Positions 14,360 to 27,760 of a stretch of 64,000 bases of DNA are shown here, in pieces (position 1 is the stretch's first letter; every line of letters begins with the position of its first letter). The stretch is from NCBI RefSeq assembly GCF_009914755.1, contig NC_060927.1. One strand, 5' to 3'. The notes under the pieces are model-generated. The model saw only the letters and a list, made by a program, of their open reading frames with translations, searched no databases and was not told the DNA's origin. The stretch comes from the human T2T-CHM13v2.0 reference genome, Homo sapiens. The translations under genes and the position numbers were made by a program.

Positions 14360-14900
14360 CCATCACATTTTGCCTGGACCACAGGTCTCTTCTTGCCTCC
14401 CTGGTCTCCCTGCTTCCACTCTTGCTTCTCTTTTCATCCATTCTCCATCCAACAGCAAGATTGGGTGTTTCAAAGTAAGTCAGATCATGCACTTGTTGGC
14501 ATACAATCTTCCAACGGCTTCCCTTTCCCAAAGAATAAAATTGCACACCAGTGAACTTTGCTGGCCAGTCTCATCCCACACCATCCTCACCGTTAGCCCC
14601 AGAATCAGGAATTCAGTCTCCTTTCAGTTGCAATAACACAGCAGCTCCTTCCCACTGGAAGGTATAGGCACAGGCTATTTTCCCTGTCTGGGATTCCTCT
14701 CCACAGCCACCACTCCTCCCACAGCTGACTTTTACCCTTTAAGTCTCAGTTGAAGTAATGCCTCCTCAGAAGGCCCTTTTTTGGGCATCAAATGCAAGGA
14801 TGCCCCTCCTATCACTGAGAATCTCTGACAGCACCCCATGCACTTGTTTCACAGCACTCGGCCAATTTGTAAGCATATATTTATTTGCATTTTGAATTCC
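14360..14900 (+). mobile_element. L2 LINE fragment
   Basis: Contains ccatcacattttgcctggac...ttctccatccaacagcaaga...gtcagatcatg. Boundaries approximate. Confidence 0.55.
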
Positions 14901-15153
14901 TTATGGACTATTCCACCACCAGACAAGCAGGAGTCCATCCCCAGGATATTCACTGGAGTGAAGTAATGAGTCCTACCCATGTCCTCTCTGGCCCAAGCTA
15001 CCATCATGTCCAAGTTGGACGAGGATGCTGGCTCCAATTGTCCACCCAATCCACTCTCTGCTGGGCAGCAGAAAGTATACAAATAGATTATATCTTCCTC
15101 CCTCGAAAAACATTTCATTGGATCTCCACTGCCTGTAAAACCACCCATGTGTT

Positions 15154-15428
15154 GGCCGGGCATGGTGGCTCATGCCTGTAATCCTAGCACTTTGGGAGGC
15201 CGAGGGAGGTGGATCACCTGAGGTCAGGAGTTCGAGACAAGCCTGGCCAACATGGCAAAACCCCGTCTCTATTCAAATACAAAAATTAGCCAGGTGTGGT
15301 GGCAGGCACCTATAATCCCAGCTACTCAGGAGGCTGAGCTACTCCGCTGGGGCGGAGGTTGCAGTGAGCCAAGATCGTGCCACTTCACTCCAGCCTGAAT
15401 GAAAGAACAAAACTTTGTCTCAAAAAAA
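15154..15428 (+). mobile_element. AluS (Sx/Sz-like) element with a disrupted right arm
   Basis: ggatcacctgaggtcaggagttcgagac diagnostic. The right-arm segment after ggctgag is shortened or replaced. Confidence 0.9.
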
Positions 15429-16576
15429 TATACATATCCATATGTCTTCACACTGACTTCTACCAGATCTAACTCCTACTGTGCAAGTCTTATCTCACCC
15501 TACTCCCCCAAGCTACACTGGCCTTCCATTTGCACTCTGACATGCCAAGCCCTACAGTCCTCTGCGGCTCTGAACAAGCAGTTTCCTCTTCTAGAAACTG
15601 TTTACCTCACCCCCACCCTGCCCCTTCCTTCATCACTGATAACTCATATTTATTTTTTCACCCCAGTATAAGCATGATATCCTCTGGAAGCTGTCTTGGC
15701 CTATCAAGAAATTTAGGTCCTCCTGTTACTAACTCCCAAATCACACCATGCCTGTCTTGCCATGAACTCACCACACTTCTGCTCCTTTTCTGTCTTCCTT
15801 GTTCTGCTATAGGCACCCTCTGTACAGTGATCACACCTACCTTCTTGTCTTCTCTACACTAAGGGTCTAGCACAATGCCTAGTCCATTGCCACCAACAGA
15901 TTTCTGCTGGTGACAATTTAATTTAATTTATTTCTGGAACTGACCCTCACTTTGGTCAATGGATGAAACAAGTCCCCCTTTTTTGCCACATGCTTTATGT
16001 GAATTCTTAAAATTATTTAGGAATGTGCATCCAGGGATTTACATGAATTAAGTTTGCTCTCTTACATCTGTTTTCAGAAAGGCACTTTCTATTAAAAAAA
16101 ATTCAATTTCATAAAATGATTGTCAGTTCCTCACCAATGAAATGATACCCAGTCAAAAAAAAAAAAAAAAGCCACAAAAAACCTGGACTGATTCTTCACA
16201 TTGACTTCTACCAGATCTAACTCCTACCATCCAAGTCTTATCTTATCCTCCACCGCCAAGCCACACTGGCCTTCCATTTGCACCCTGACATGCCAAGTCC
16301 TACTGTCCTCAGGGTGGTAGGTGATGATGAATACTAGTGAGTACTGTTAGCTGGTGCTAACAATGACAACCTAGAGTTATCATTCCTAGAAAGCTAATTT
16401 TCAAAATTAAACTGGAAATCTAAGAGGCCGAGGTCAAAAAAGAAAAAAAAGCCTGGGTAACTCTTTCTGAATTTAATTTGTATTCAACAGATGATTTTTA
16501 AAATCTACATAGTTCACAGCAGACTGATGGCTTGTTCTCATTTATGCTGCTGAGAAAGTCTTTCCAAAGTCTGGAA

Positions 16577-16837
16577 AAGTGGTCAGCAATCTTTTTCTGT
16601 AAGTGGCCAGATAGTAAATATCTTAGACTTCACAGGCCATATGGCCTCTGTCAAAACTACTTAACTTTGCCTCTACTTTCTCATGTAGTACAAAAGTAGC
16701 CACAGACAATATATACACTAATATATACACTAACAATATATACATTAATATATACACTGTGTTCCAATAAAACTTTATTTGCAAGAACAAGTAGCAGGGT
16801 CAGATTTGGCCTGTGGGCCTGAATTTGCTGAACCCTG
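16577..16837 (+). mobile_element. MER58A-like hAT-Charlie DNA transposon with internal AATATATACACT tandem copies
   Basis: Contains ggtcagcaatctttttctgtaagtggccagatagtaaatat...tgttccaataaaactttattt...gatttggcctgtgggcc...gctgaaccctg. Confidence 0.8.
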
Positions 16838-16879
16838 GTCTAGAACATGAGACCAGGGCTATATAATCACCACAGCAGC

Positions 16880-17105
16880 AAATGCTCATATTACTTACTC
16901 TGTGACATCACATGATGTGCTCTAGGCACTTTACATATATTAACTTACTTAATTCTTGCAAAGGCCTTACTAGGTAGGTCCTATTTGTTTACTCCTTTTA
17001 CAGATGAGGGAACCGTCGAAAGTTACAGAGCTAGTGAATATCAGAGCCAAGATTCTCAATCATTCTGGCTCCAGAGACTATCTCCAACTCTTAACCTCTA
17101 TGCTA
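16880..17105 (-). mobile_element. MIR SINE
   Basis: Core ctaggcactttacatatattaac...ttttacagatgagggaacc. Confidence 0.7.
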
Positions 17106-18434
17106 TGCCAACCAACTGTGCAGAATGTTGCAGAGTTCCTTCCCACCACTGTCCCACTTTCCCTTCCCCAAATCAACCCTACAAAGCTCTATGGAGCACA
17201 AATGGGAAATCTCAGGATACTATGTCTGTTCTGTAGTTCAGCCACTTCAAGACACACCACTCCAAACTTCACAGGACGCCCCTGGCCAGTAGCTTGGTTG
17301 ACTATTAGAGAACTAGATACAGATGAGGTCATTATTTGGGAACATTAGCTTTCCACCAGAAGAGCTTCAGGATGGAAGGTGAGAGCTCAGCAGCTTTAAT
17401 GCCACAGGGCAGCAACAGTTATTGAAATGAGGACTCAGCTATGAAGCAGAACACAAAACCAACAAGGGAACACTGCAATTTCCCTGTTAATTTCCATTCT
17501 CTGAACCCATTAATCTCAAGGTGATCACCTTTTGAAAAAATTATAAGGTTCTATGGATGGATATAGCCCCAAAAGCAGAAATTTGTATTGTATTTCACAT
17601 CCTGGAACCTAAGTGTATCACAATGAGTTTGATTCTTCTTCCTGTACAGACAGATTAAATCTGAGACAAAGAGTTTGGAGATAACAAAGTAAGTGAAGAT
17701 AAAAACAGAAGCTCAACACAACGTTCCCTTTTTGTAAGAGAAGGACAAAAGGGCAAGGACTATAGAGATACTAGGTAACGGGTCTGAGGACAGAGCTTCA
17801 GGACCAAAGGGGCAAACCCAAGACAGGGACAAGACATAAGATAAAAACTCCTGCCCTCTTCCCACCTCATATCTCCTCTTTGCACATTATTTACCTCTTT
17901 TCAAATTAAAAAAATGGAATCTGAACACTTTGAAAACAAAACATTCATTTAATTGCCACAATTCCATGGAGTACTGTATCATTCTAAAAGCCTACGACTC
18001 CACTGTTAGACACAGCCACATTAGGGCCAATTTGGTAGGGTGTCAGCTGTATTTACAGTTTGGAGCAATATAAAAACATATGGCAACTGTGAAAATTGAC
18101 CCCCTGGGGGCTAACGCTGGAGGAAACCAACATTCCGCAGTCTGGCCAGAGGTTGAGGGCGATTTGCCCAGACAATATACAGCCAAGGCAGCCTATAAGC
18201 ACAAGGGGCACTTCGTGTATGCAAGACCTACTTTTATTGCATCCCATCTGAAATTGGGCTGCAGTGGTCCAGACATAAAATAAAACGGAGGTATAAGAAG
18301 ATAAAAATCTTATATGATGATTTTCCAAATTAGAGTATGGAAGTAATGTGTTGGCGTTTATATTATTTGCTATCAGAAATCAATTTTAAAACATTGTTAA
18401 GTAATAAAAGCATCTTCCATGTTCAAATGTTGGA

Positions 18435-18650
18435 TTATGCATCAGATGCTGTGCTAAACACTGTAAAAATATAATCTCAGTTAAATGAAACAACATCCTT
18501 ACATGGAGGGCACTTCATCCCCATTTTACAGATGAAGAAGCAGACGCTTAGAGAGGTTATATAATATGCCCAACATCATATACTTAAAAAGTTAGGGATG
18601 CAGAATTTGAACTATTGTTCTGATGATGCCAAAGATCATGGCATCTATTA
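18435..18650 (-). mobile_element. MIR SINE
   Basis: Core ccccattttacagatgaagaagcagacgcttagagaggtta. Confidence 0.7.
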
Positions 18651-18892
18651 TGCTATATAAAAATAATAAAATACTATCGTACATTACTGAGGCCTTGGCC
18701 ACAAAAGAGAATGGAACATAATAACTAGGCCTAGACATTCCCTTTTGAAAGCTACAATCTTTTTTTTTTTTCTATGAGGTAGGCAAAGCACCAGCTGCAA
18801 TAAAGCAAGTTATACACTCTTTAGGATCTGGTCCATCTGAGGTGTGGCTTACTGGATCAACCCAAAAATAATTTAAACCAGCACTGAATTAG

Positions 18893-19525
18893 GTTTCTAT
18901 TGGTACATAACAAATTCCTACAAACTTAGCAGCCTAAAACCACATTTATTTATTATCTCACAGCTTCTGTGGGTCAGAAGTCCAGGCACAGCTCAGCTGG
19001 TCCCTCTGTTCATGGTCTTACCAGGCTGAAATCAGGGTGTCAGCCAGACTGCAATTCTCATCTGCAGGCTTAACCGGGGAATAATGTGCTTCCAAGCTCA
19101 TTCAGGTCGTTGGCAGGATTCCTTTCCTTGCAGTTCTATGCCTGAGGTTCCCAGCTTTTAACTGGCTATTAGCTAGAGACTGGAGGCTTCTCTCTGGTCT
19201 GAAAGGCCACCCAAAGTTCCTTGCCATGTGGCCTTCTACCTAAGCAGTTCATAACATGCCTGTTTGATTCTTTGAGGCTAGCAGGAGAATCTCCACTCTG
19301 CTGAGATGAAGTTTCATATAATATAACATAATCATGGCAGTGGTACTCCATCACCTTTACCATATGATATACCCTATTTAAGGGAATGGCAACCATCACC
19401 TTTGCCATATTCTATCAGCTAGATGCAAGTCACAAGACCTGCCCACACTCAAGTGGAGGAAATTATACAAGGGTGTGAAAACCAGGGGGTGGAGATCATG
19501 GGACCATGTCAGAATCCTGTCTCTC
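18893..19525 (-). mobile_element. MaLR LTR (MLT1E/F/G-like)
   Basis: Contains cataacaaattcctacaaacttagcagcctaaaacc...tctcacagcttctgtgggtcagaagtccagg...acaagggtgtgaaaaccagg. Confidence 0.8.
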
Positions 19526-19530
19526 ATATG

Positions 19531-19738
19531 CAATATCCAATAGAACTTTCTGCAATTATGGAAATCTTCTACTTCTACGCTATCCAGTAGACTAGCCATG
19601 AGCCACATGTGACTATTGGACATTTAAAATGCAGCCCATGCAACTGTAAAAGTGATTTTTAAATATTATTTAATTTTAACTAATTTAAATTTAAGTAGTC
19701 TCATGTGGCTAATGGCTGCCCTATTGGACAGCACAGAT
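19531..19738. mobile_element. MER3-like hAT-Charlie MITE
   Basis: Contains tccaatagaactttctgcaat...agccacatgtgact...ctattggacagcacag, with inverted termini (tccaatag / ctattgga). Confidence 0.75.
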
Positions 19739-21944
19739 TTGAACATTAACCAATGTCCATATTATATGTTAGCTATTTTTTAAAACTTCTTAAACCTTTG
19801 TTTTATTTTTGTGTTTGTGTTCTTCTTTCTAAATATTTCATAATCATTTTACTGCCCATTTCAAACAGTTCTTAGGGACTATTCACATTAGTATCTACCT
19901 AACAGACTTCATTTTTCCATTGTCCAAAACTTCTTCCAAACTATTTTCATTAATGCAACTTAAGGCATCTGGAAGGCTTAACTTATGCTCAATGGGGGGT
20001 TACGGTAATTTATGCATCCTTACACTTTCCCAAGTATTTATCCCCATGACAACACACTACAAAAATAAATGGCTGATCTTTCCACTCTTCTTCTCGTAAC
20101 TCAAACCTCTTCTCTTAGTCTGATGTGAATGAGTAAAACAGAATCAGTGGTGGGTGGTGGATGAAGCAAAAATCAATGAAGGATAACAAAGTGGCAGAAT
20201 TATCGGCAAAGAGGGCATAAACCACTTCCCCCTGATTAAATGAGAAGACAGAACAAACCACTTCCCCACACAATTGCCTCAACACAACCACTTCCAAAAT
20301 CCACCGCTAAAATGTCACCTGTTTCAGTTTCACTTGATGACATATTTTTCCTAACCCAGTGGTTTCCAAATAGCGTTCTACCAGTACTAGCTCTAGGGTA
20401 TGTTAATAACGTTACCAAAAAACAAAAACAAAACCAACAAACAAGGGGCTAGGGTCAAATAAGTCTTGAGAGCCCATGTACAGATTCCTGACCCCTGGAA
20501 CATAAGCCTTCCCTCTTCTTGACCAAGCCTATTTCCTCAATGGACATAATCCTCCATACTAGAGTCATGACAGGAACTTTACCTAGTGGGATTCATGAAA
20601 ATCCTGGGTACCCACAGTTTTTCATGCCCTTTCTAGTTTCCACCTGGATGGCAATGTTTCTAGAGCTCCCAGGGGCAGGGTGGCCAAACATTTAGGAATG
20701 TTACCCTATCTAAAACCCACAGAGCAGCCACTAGGATCTCCAACTCAGGTGCCTAAGCATGTATGCCATAGAATGTAGCATTTGATCAGCATCTCTTTGG
20801 ACCAGGCAATGTTCATGTTGTATATACACCTCATTTAATCCTCACGACAATCTTATGACATAGATATTACATAGACCAGAAAAATGAGGAAGAGCAGGAA
20901 AGCAACGTGCTTAGAAGGCTCATCTAGCTAGAGGGAGGCAGTGCTGGAGCTCCACCCCAATCTATTAGACTCCAAAATTCATGTCACTTTCCTAACTGAA
21001 TACCTCTGATTTACCACACTTCCTAATTCCCTGTTATCAGAGCTAACCATGATAATCCTACCACCAAAAAGAAAAAATTCACTGGGCAGCTGTAAGACTG
21101 TTTATCCAAAGCTACATGACTCCCACCCACCATGGGCTGTTCCAAGTGCTTTCTCTCCTTCTCACCACAGAAAACTCAGTAAATACCCATTTTTTCCCAT
21201 CAGAGGACAAACACACAATCACATGCATACATATATATTTATATTTATTTCACACACACATATCCCTAAACAGTGCTTGTGAGGCATCTCTCTTTTACAT
21301 GTAGGCTCTGCCTTCTGTATAACAGAGACATTGCAAAGACTAAAAACTATCTGATACTCCTTGAAAATAGACAGACAGGAGTAAGCTTACTCTAACATTC
21401 TTCATACAGCATCTAAGGAAACGTTATCAGTGAATAGCTGAGATTTGAGAAATAACTAAAGTTTTCGAAAATTCCTATGGGATAATGTATGGATAACTCT
21501 TTATTAAATGTAGCTGTAGCATAATTTAGAAATGAGAAATAATTTAAAGTCATATTGTATAGATGGATTTTTCTATACTAGTAGGTAATAAGTCAAATTT
21601 TTTAAGAAAAACACCAACACTAATTAGATGAATATGAAAAATATTTCATTAAGATTCAAGATAAAGCAGAAAAAAGGAACTGATTTGCAAAAATTAGGTG
21701 TTTTCCTGATGATAGGGTCTCAACCTCGTATTTCTCAGCCCATGCAGTGATTCTGATTACTATTAGGCCCTTTTTCTGGTATAAATCCTAAATTATTTCT
21801 TGTTGTACCTTATAAAATCAGAATTCTTCCTTCAAAGAAGAAATTTATAAGAAAAACTTGCCCCTTTCTCAGCTGAAGAAACTGAAAACCCTTATGAAAT
21901 CAACATCTTCAAAGCCCAACCCATGAAGAAAGCAACATTTTATC

Positions 21945-22340
21945 TGCTGTGGTTTAAATGTGTCCCCCAAAGTTCATGAGTAGGAAACTTGATCGCCTAT
22001 GCAGCAATGCTGGAAGGTGGGGGCCTAATGGGAGGTGTTTGGGTCATGGAGGCACCGTCCTTATGAATGGATTAATGCTGTTGTCCTGGGAGTGGGTTCC
22101 TTATGAAAGGACAAGTTCAGCCCTCTCTCACCGTTTCTGTTGTACTCTCTTGCCCTCTCTTGCCTTTCTGCCTTTCTGCCTTTCTGCCTTTCACCATGGG
22201 CTGAAGCAGCAAGAAGGCCCTCACCAGATGCCAGCTTCCTGATCTTGGACTTTCCATCCTATAGAAATGTGAGAAGTAAACTTCTGTTCAGTATAAATTA
22301 CCCAGTCTGTGGTATATATAGCACCACAAAACAGATACTA
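21945..22340 (+). mobile_element. MaLR LTR (MST family)
   Basis: Contains tgctgtggtttaaatgtgtcccccaaagttcatg...gggaggtgtttgggtcatgg...ataaattacccagtctgtggtat. Confidence 0.85.
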
Positions 22341-23688
22341 TTCAAAAATAAAGTGTCAAATTCTTAATAACTTGTTGTTTCATAGTGAACTCAAATCTGC
22401 TTTCCTTATATTTTTAATTACTTGATTTTCTATTATTTTCTTTTTTTTAACATTATATTTTAATATGGATCTTCTAGAAAATCAGAGTATTGGCTTACAT
22501 TCCAAATGTAGAAGTGAAATGACAAGGAACAGTAATTTCCCTGGCTGTTGATGTTTATTTTCTATGTTGCTGTTTGAAGGAAACTGATTAAAAGAAAACT
22601 CCTGGCAACACCTGAAAACATGATGACTCAGAAAAAGAATCACAGTTTTCTCACCGAACAAATTGTTGGGAGTAGAATATTTCTGATATAGATTTAGAAA
22701 TCTCTATGAACTGAAGGCATTTCCTGGGCAATTAATCAAGAGAAACTTTTACATAAAAACACATCTCGATTGAGCTATTTGCGTAAGAGCCCACAAGCTG
22801 CAATGACTAATTATAAGTCTCAGACCTGTGCAGTTTGCTGAAATGCTTTTCTCCAGGCCGTCAAAAACACCATGACAACACACAAATTCAACAAGAATAA
22901 ACTAACAATGGGAAGCTACAATTACAGAAAGGAATTATTCAAAGTATGTGACCTTTGCACAAAAATGATACACGTTTATTTGATACTACTGACTCTCCTC
23001 TATTTCCGCCCTTTGATAGGTCTGTGTAATTCTCATTAACAATAATGAGAGATATGTGCTAAAAATGAATAGCTGCTAACTCCAGCCATCTGTGCATTCC
23101 TGGTACAAATAAAATTGAATGTCATCACTACCCTATTGGATTTCTCAGTAATGCTCTTTGCTGATAAGAACTTTAAAAAAATACCAATGGCTTTTTTTCT
23201 TTTTCTAACTCATAAAAAACATGCCCATTCCCCTTGCTACATAAAGGGGTCTATTCTACTCGGAATCCAGGCAGCCACTGAGAGGTGAGGGTGAGATAAA
23301 TCCTTGCTTATCAAGATAACTGTTTCCCCAGTCAGTATAAATGGAGACAAAGTATACCCAGACTCGAATGATTAAAATGGCCAAATTCTTAGCAGGTTAA
23401 CTCATTACTTTTCATCCTTCTCTTGCCAGCCCTGAAAGCTAAGTAGCTGTCTTAACAGCCTGCAGCAATCACTTCCAAACAACTCTCCTGCCCTACAGGA
23501 GAAAAGTAAAGGTAAAATGGACTTAATTCATTTTTCCTTTATGAATTACTGGCTGTCAAAAATTTGAGAAAGGTCCCAAGCTTTAATGGATACTTTTGGA
23601 AAGAGAGATCATGTGCTATAGAACCCAAGATGGTATGCTGGAGAGCCAGAAAAGCTGGAAAACTGGAAAGTCGCTGGTCAGGAATTTT

Positions 23689-23697
<9 letters not shown>

Positions 23698-23734
<37 letters not shown>
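23698..23734. repeat. (CA)n microsatellite
   Basis: Directly visible. Confidence 0.95.
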
Positions 23735-23738
<4 letters not shown>

Positions 23739-24734
23739 CACCACTGTATATACAGGAAGAGAGAAGCCAGTATGACCATCTCCAGTCCCAGCCAAATGTC
23801 TCTGCAGTGACAACTGAAGAACACATAGCATCACAGGGCCACATGGTTCTACCTTCACTTCCCTAAGCAGCCAGTTGACCTGCAGTAAGCCAGCCTTTGC
23901 AAGAGCACCTCCATACACCCCTTTCAGGGTTGAGTGTTAAGTCCTGCTTCCGAAAACCCAAGGGTCTAATGATGAGGTGAATTGCTTCTTCCTCTAGAGC
24001 CACACAGAAGGCTGTAGTGCTTGGGATCCTCTCTTAGGTTTGATCATTAGATCTAGTTTTATATGACATACGATGACAGAACTGCTAAGAATATTTATTA
24101 GCTTGGCTAACAACTAAAGAAAAAAATGGTAATCACAGCTCTCTGGAGAGGCTTTTTAAATTTCATTTTATGGCACTATAAAATGAGGCCATACCCTGAG
24201 CATTTAAATGGGCAAATTATTTGGTTGGAAGTAGCTCAAATTTTGAAGTTCAGTCACACTGGTAGACATAAAAACTAAGCAAATATTCAAGGTAAGCATC
24301 CATTTCAAAGGTAACTAAGACATTACCAAAAGAGAGGAAGCATTTATTTCATATAAATGGCCGCATGTGTGTTGCAGGAGCATATATGTTTGGGGTCAAG
24401 GTTCGCTTTATTTTAAAGTTTTGGCAAAATGTAGTACCTCATTGAACCATCAAAAAAGCAGTGCCAATATAAAGCTGTCAGCTAGTAATTTATTTGTAAA
24501 CAACATGTTTAATTATAATAGCGCAAATAACAAATCACAAATCAACTTACTTTCTCTGAGAGCAAAATTTTTAAAACTATTCCCTTTACAACTTATTAAA
24601 AAAATTTAGTATTGTGTATTAAACAGGATTTTAAAAGGACATATCAAATACTAATAATTACTAATTAGTAATATTACTAATTACTATAGTAATATTAGTA
24701 ATAAAAATTACTAATATACAAGAAAAACTAACAG

Positions 24735-25662
24735 TCATATATTTAATAAGGGTCTAGCATCTAGAATATATAAATACCACAACTCAACAATAAAAAGACA
24801 AATAACCTAATTAAACATGGGCACAGAATTTGAATAGACATTTCTCCAAATAAGATATACAAATGGCCAATAAGACCATGAAAAGATCTTCAATCTCACT
24901 AGTCATTAGAAAAATGTAAATCAAAACCACAATGAGATACCACTTCATACCCAATAGGATGGCTATGGTCAAAAAGAAAAATAAGAAGAAGTGTTGGTGA
25001 GAATGCAGAGAATTTAGAACAATTATTTATTGCTAGCGGGAATGTAAAATGGCACAGCCACTTTTGAATACAATTTGGCAGTTCCTCAACAAGCTAAACA
25101 TAGTTACCACGGGACACAGCAATTCCACTTGCAGATATACAGCCATGAGAAGTGAAAACATATATTCAAACAACAACTTGCACATGAATGTCCATAGCAA
25201 TATTTTTCATATCAGCTAAAAACTGGAAACAACCTAAAAGTCAATCAACTGATGAAAAGATAAACAAAATGTGGTATACCCACACAATGGAATATTATCA
25301 ATAGAAAGGAATGAGATGGTGATACATACTATAACATGGATGAAACTCAAATACATTATGCTAAGTAAAAGAAGTCAGTCACACAAAAACACATAATATA
25401 TAATCCCAATTAAATAAAAGGTCTCAAATACTCAAATACTTAGATTAGTCGTTGCCAGGGGCTGGGGGAAAGAGGGAATAAATGAGGGAGAGGGGAGTGA
25501 CTGCTAATGGGTATGGGGTTTCTTTCTGGGGTGATTAAATTTTAATTCTAGAATTAGAGGGTGGTGATGGTTGCACAACCTTGTGAATATACCAACAATC
25601 ACTTAATTATACACTTTAAAAGGGTGAATTTTATGGTATGCAAATATATCTTAATTAAAAAA
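24735..25662 (+). mobile_element. L1MB-like LINE 3' fragment (end of ORF2 plus 3'UTR)
   Basis: Contains gaatttgaatagacatttctccaaa...aaatcaaaaccacaatgagataccac...agggtgaattttatggtatg. Confidence 0.85.
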
Positions 25663-26571
25663 TTACAAATGCTAGTAATAAAAAATTAAATGGTATAAAA
25701 AAGTTTATAAAAAGAAAACTTATATTGTCCCTCCATCTTCCCCAATAAACCACTCTCACTGTTAAGGGTTTTCTGTCAATCTTTCTAGAAATTTTTTAGG
25801 CATAATGCAAGCATAGACACATCTTTAAAAATACAGTGGACAATACTATACATTTTACAGTATGTCTTGGACATCTTTCCATGTCAGTAACATATAGATT
25901 GGGGTATGAAGAAGGGGGCTGGAGAGAGAGAATGGAGCTGAAAGAAGGAATGCCAGAAAGGAACTGAAATCACCCTCTGGGTGGTGGAGGAGTAAGGATC
26001 AGTACCTTTCTCAAATTTTCAAATGTCTGTTGAACAATCCTGGATATCCTACATACATCTTAATATATTGAAATTAAAATCTCAACTGTTGCCTCCTCAT
26101 AGCCAAAATCACCCTCCTTCTTCTGTACCCTTTATCTTCATTAAACCACCCAAGATTGGGAGTCAAAGAGGAGTGAGTCTTCCATATTCCCAGAACATCA
26201 CACACAATAGATCACTGTGCTCTACCATTTTAATTTAAAATATCTATCAAAATAGTTACCTCCTCTCAATTCTTATTGATACTAGCTCAGTTCATGCCTT
26301 TGTTTTCATTGTCCAGACACTGAAATAGCTCCCATTTGGCTTCCCTGATGCCAATCTATGTACCTATCATTCCATCCATCCTTCCATCCATCCATCCACC
26401 TAGTCATCCAACAAAATATTTCTGAAACATGAGCCATGGGTCAGGCATTGAGAACACAAAAACAAAGAAGTTATCATCTTTATCATTAGACCATTCAAAG
26501 TTTAGTGAAAGGGAGAAACATGGAGCTGGGAAATGATAACAAAATGCTTTTTATTTGTGATTTTCTTAAAA

Positions 26572-27060
26572 TTTTACTTTAAGTTCTGGGATACATGTGC
26601 AGAACGTGCAGGTTTGTTGCACAGGTATACATGTGCCATGGTGGTTTGCTGCACCTATCAACCCATCATCTAGTTTTTAAGCCCCACATGCATTAGATAT
26701 TTGTCCTAATGCTCTCCCTTCCCTTGTCCCCAACACCCCAACAGGCCACGGTGTGTGATGTTCTCCTCCCTGTGTCCATGGATTCTCACTATTCAACTCC
26801 CACCTATGAGTGAGAACATGCAGTGTTTGGTTTTCTGTTCCTGTGTTAGTTTGCTGAGAATGATGGTTTCCAGCTTCATCCAAGCCCCTGCAAAGGACAT
26901 GAACTCACTGTTTTTATGGCTGCATAGTATTCCATGGTGTATATGTGTCACATTTTCTTTATCGAGTATAACATTGATGGGCATTTGGGTTGGTTCCAAG
27001 TCTTTGCTATTGTAAATAGTGCTGCAGTAAACATATGTGTGCATGTGTCTTTATAGCAGA
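26572..27060 (-). mobile_element. 5'-truncated L1PA (about PA7/PA8 age) 3' end
   Basis: 3'UTR text aagttctgggatacatgtgcagaacgtgcagg. ORF 26793..27044 gives the ORF2 C-terminus (FAGAWMKLETIILSKLTQEQKTKHCMFSLIGGS). Confidence 0.93.
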
Positions 27061-27249
27061 CCAGGTGGAACTATCGTCTTTTGAGAGAAATCAGGGAGTA
27101 ACATTAAATTTGAACTTCAAGGATGTATAGAGGTTTGCAGGTATATAGAAAGAAAGGGCCATTTAGGCAATGGGAAACGTATGCTCCAATATAGAGAGAT
27201 GGGAATGGTCTGTCAAGTGCAAACAATGAGAAAACATTGGGTGAAGGCA

Positions 27250-27760
27250 AACACTGAATGGGGAATGAGGGGGTAGAGTGACATTTTATGTACTTAGGGT
27301 TTAAGATGAGACTTGAAAACAACTCAAGGCCAGATTGTGAAGAGCTTATAAAGCCAGGAGGTGGAGTTGGATATTCTGCCCATCCTGCGAGGAGGAGGGA
27401 ACAGGGGCCTCCAGACACAGGGTGTTGCCTCACTGATTTTATCTGGAGTAGAGGACAGAGACTGGGACAGATTGTGACTCTCTGGAGGCTACTGCAATTG
27501 TCCAAATTACCAAGTGGGACAGCAACATTGAGAGTGGGGAAACAAAAGGAAAGAAATGGAATCTGTTGGATTAGTTACAGTGAGGGATGAGCTACAGGCC
27601 ACTTAGAGTTTTCTATCTTAGATAAGCAGGTGAACGTTGTGCCACTTCCACACCTAAGTGCCAAATATATAGAGTAGTGGGAGGATGAGTGAAAGAAGTG
27701 GTGATGAGTCCTATTTTGGTTGCATGGGAAGTAACAGGTAGACATCTTTCTAAAACACAA
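27250..27760 (-). mobile_element. L2 LINE fragment
   Basis: Contains caaggccagattgtgaagagcc...ggaggctactgcaattgtcc...gatgagtcctattttgg. Boundaries approximate. Confidence 0.5.

Noticed and set aside
22624-22630. AP-1-like TGACTCA/TGAGTCA motifs scattered through the window
   Set aside because: Isolated 7-mers at roughly chance frequency; enhancers cannot be called from sequence alone.
23499-23511. Plus-strand ctctcctgccctacag|GAGAAAAGTAAAG|gtaaaa mini-exon pattern
   Set aside because: It is on the wrong strand for ERC2, and there is no evidence of an antisense transcript.
26677-27044. ORF resembling a real protein C-terminus
   Set aside because: It is the L1 ORF2 C-terminal remnant of a truncated L1PA, not a gene.
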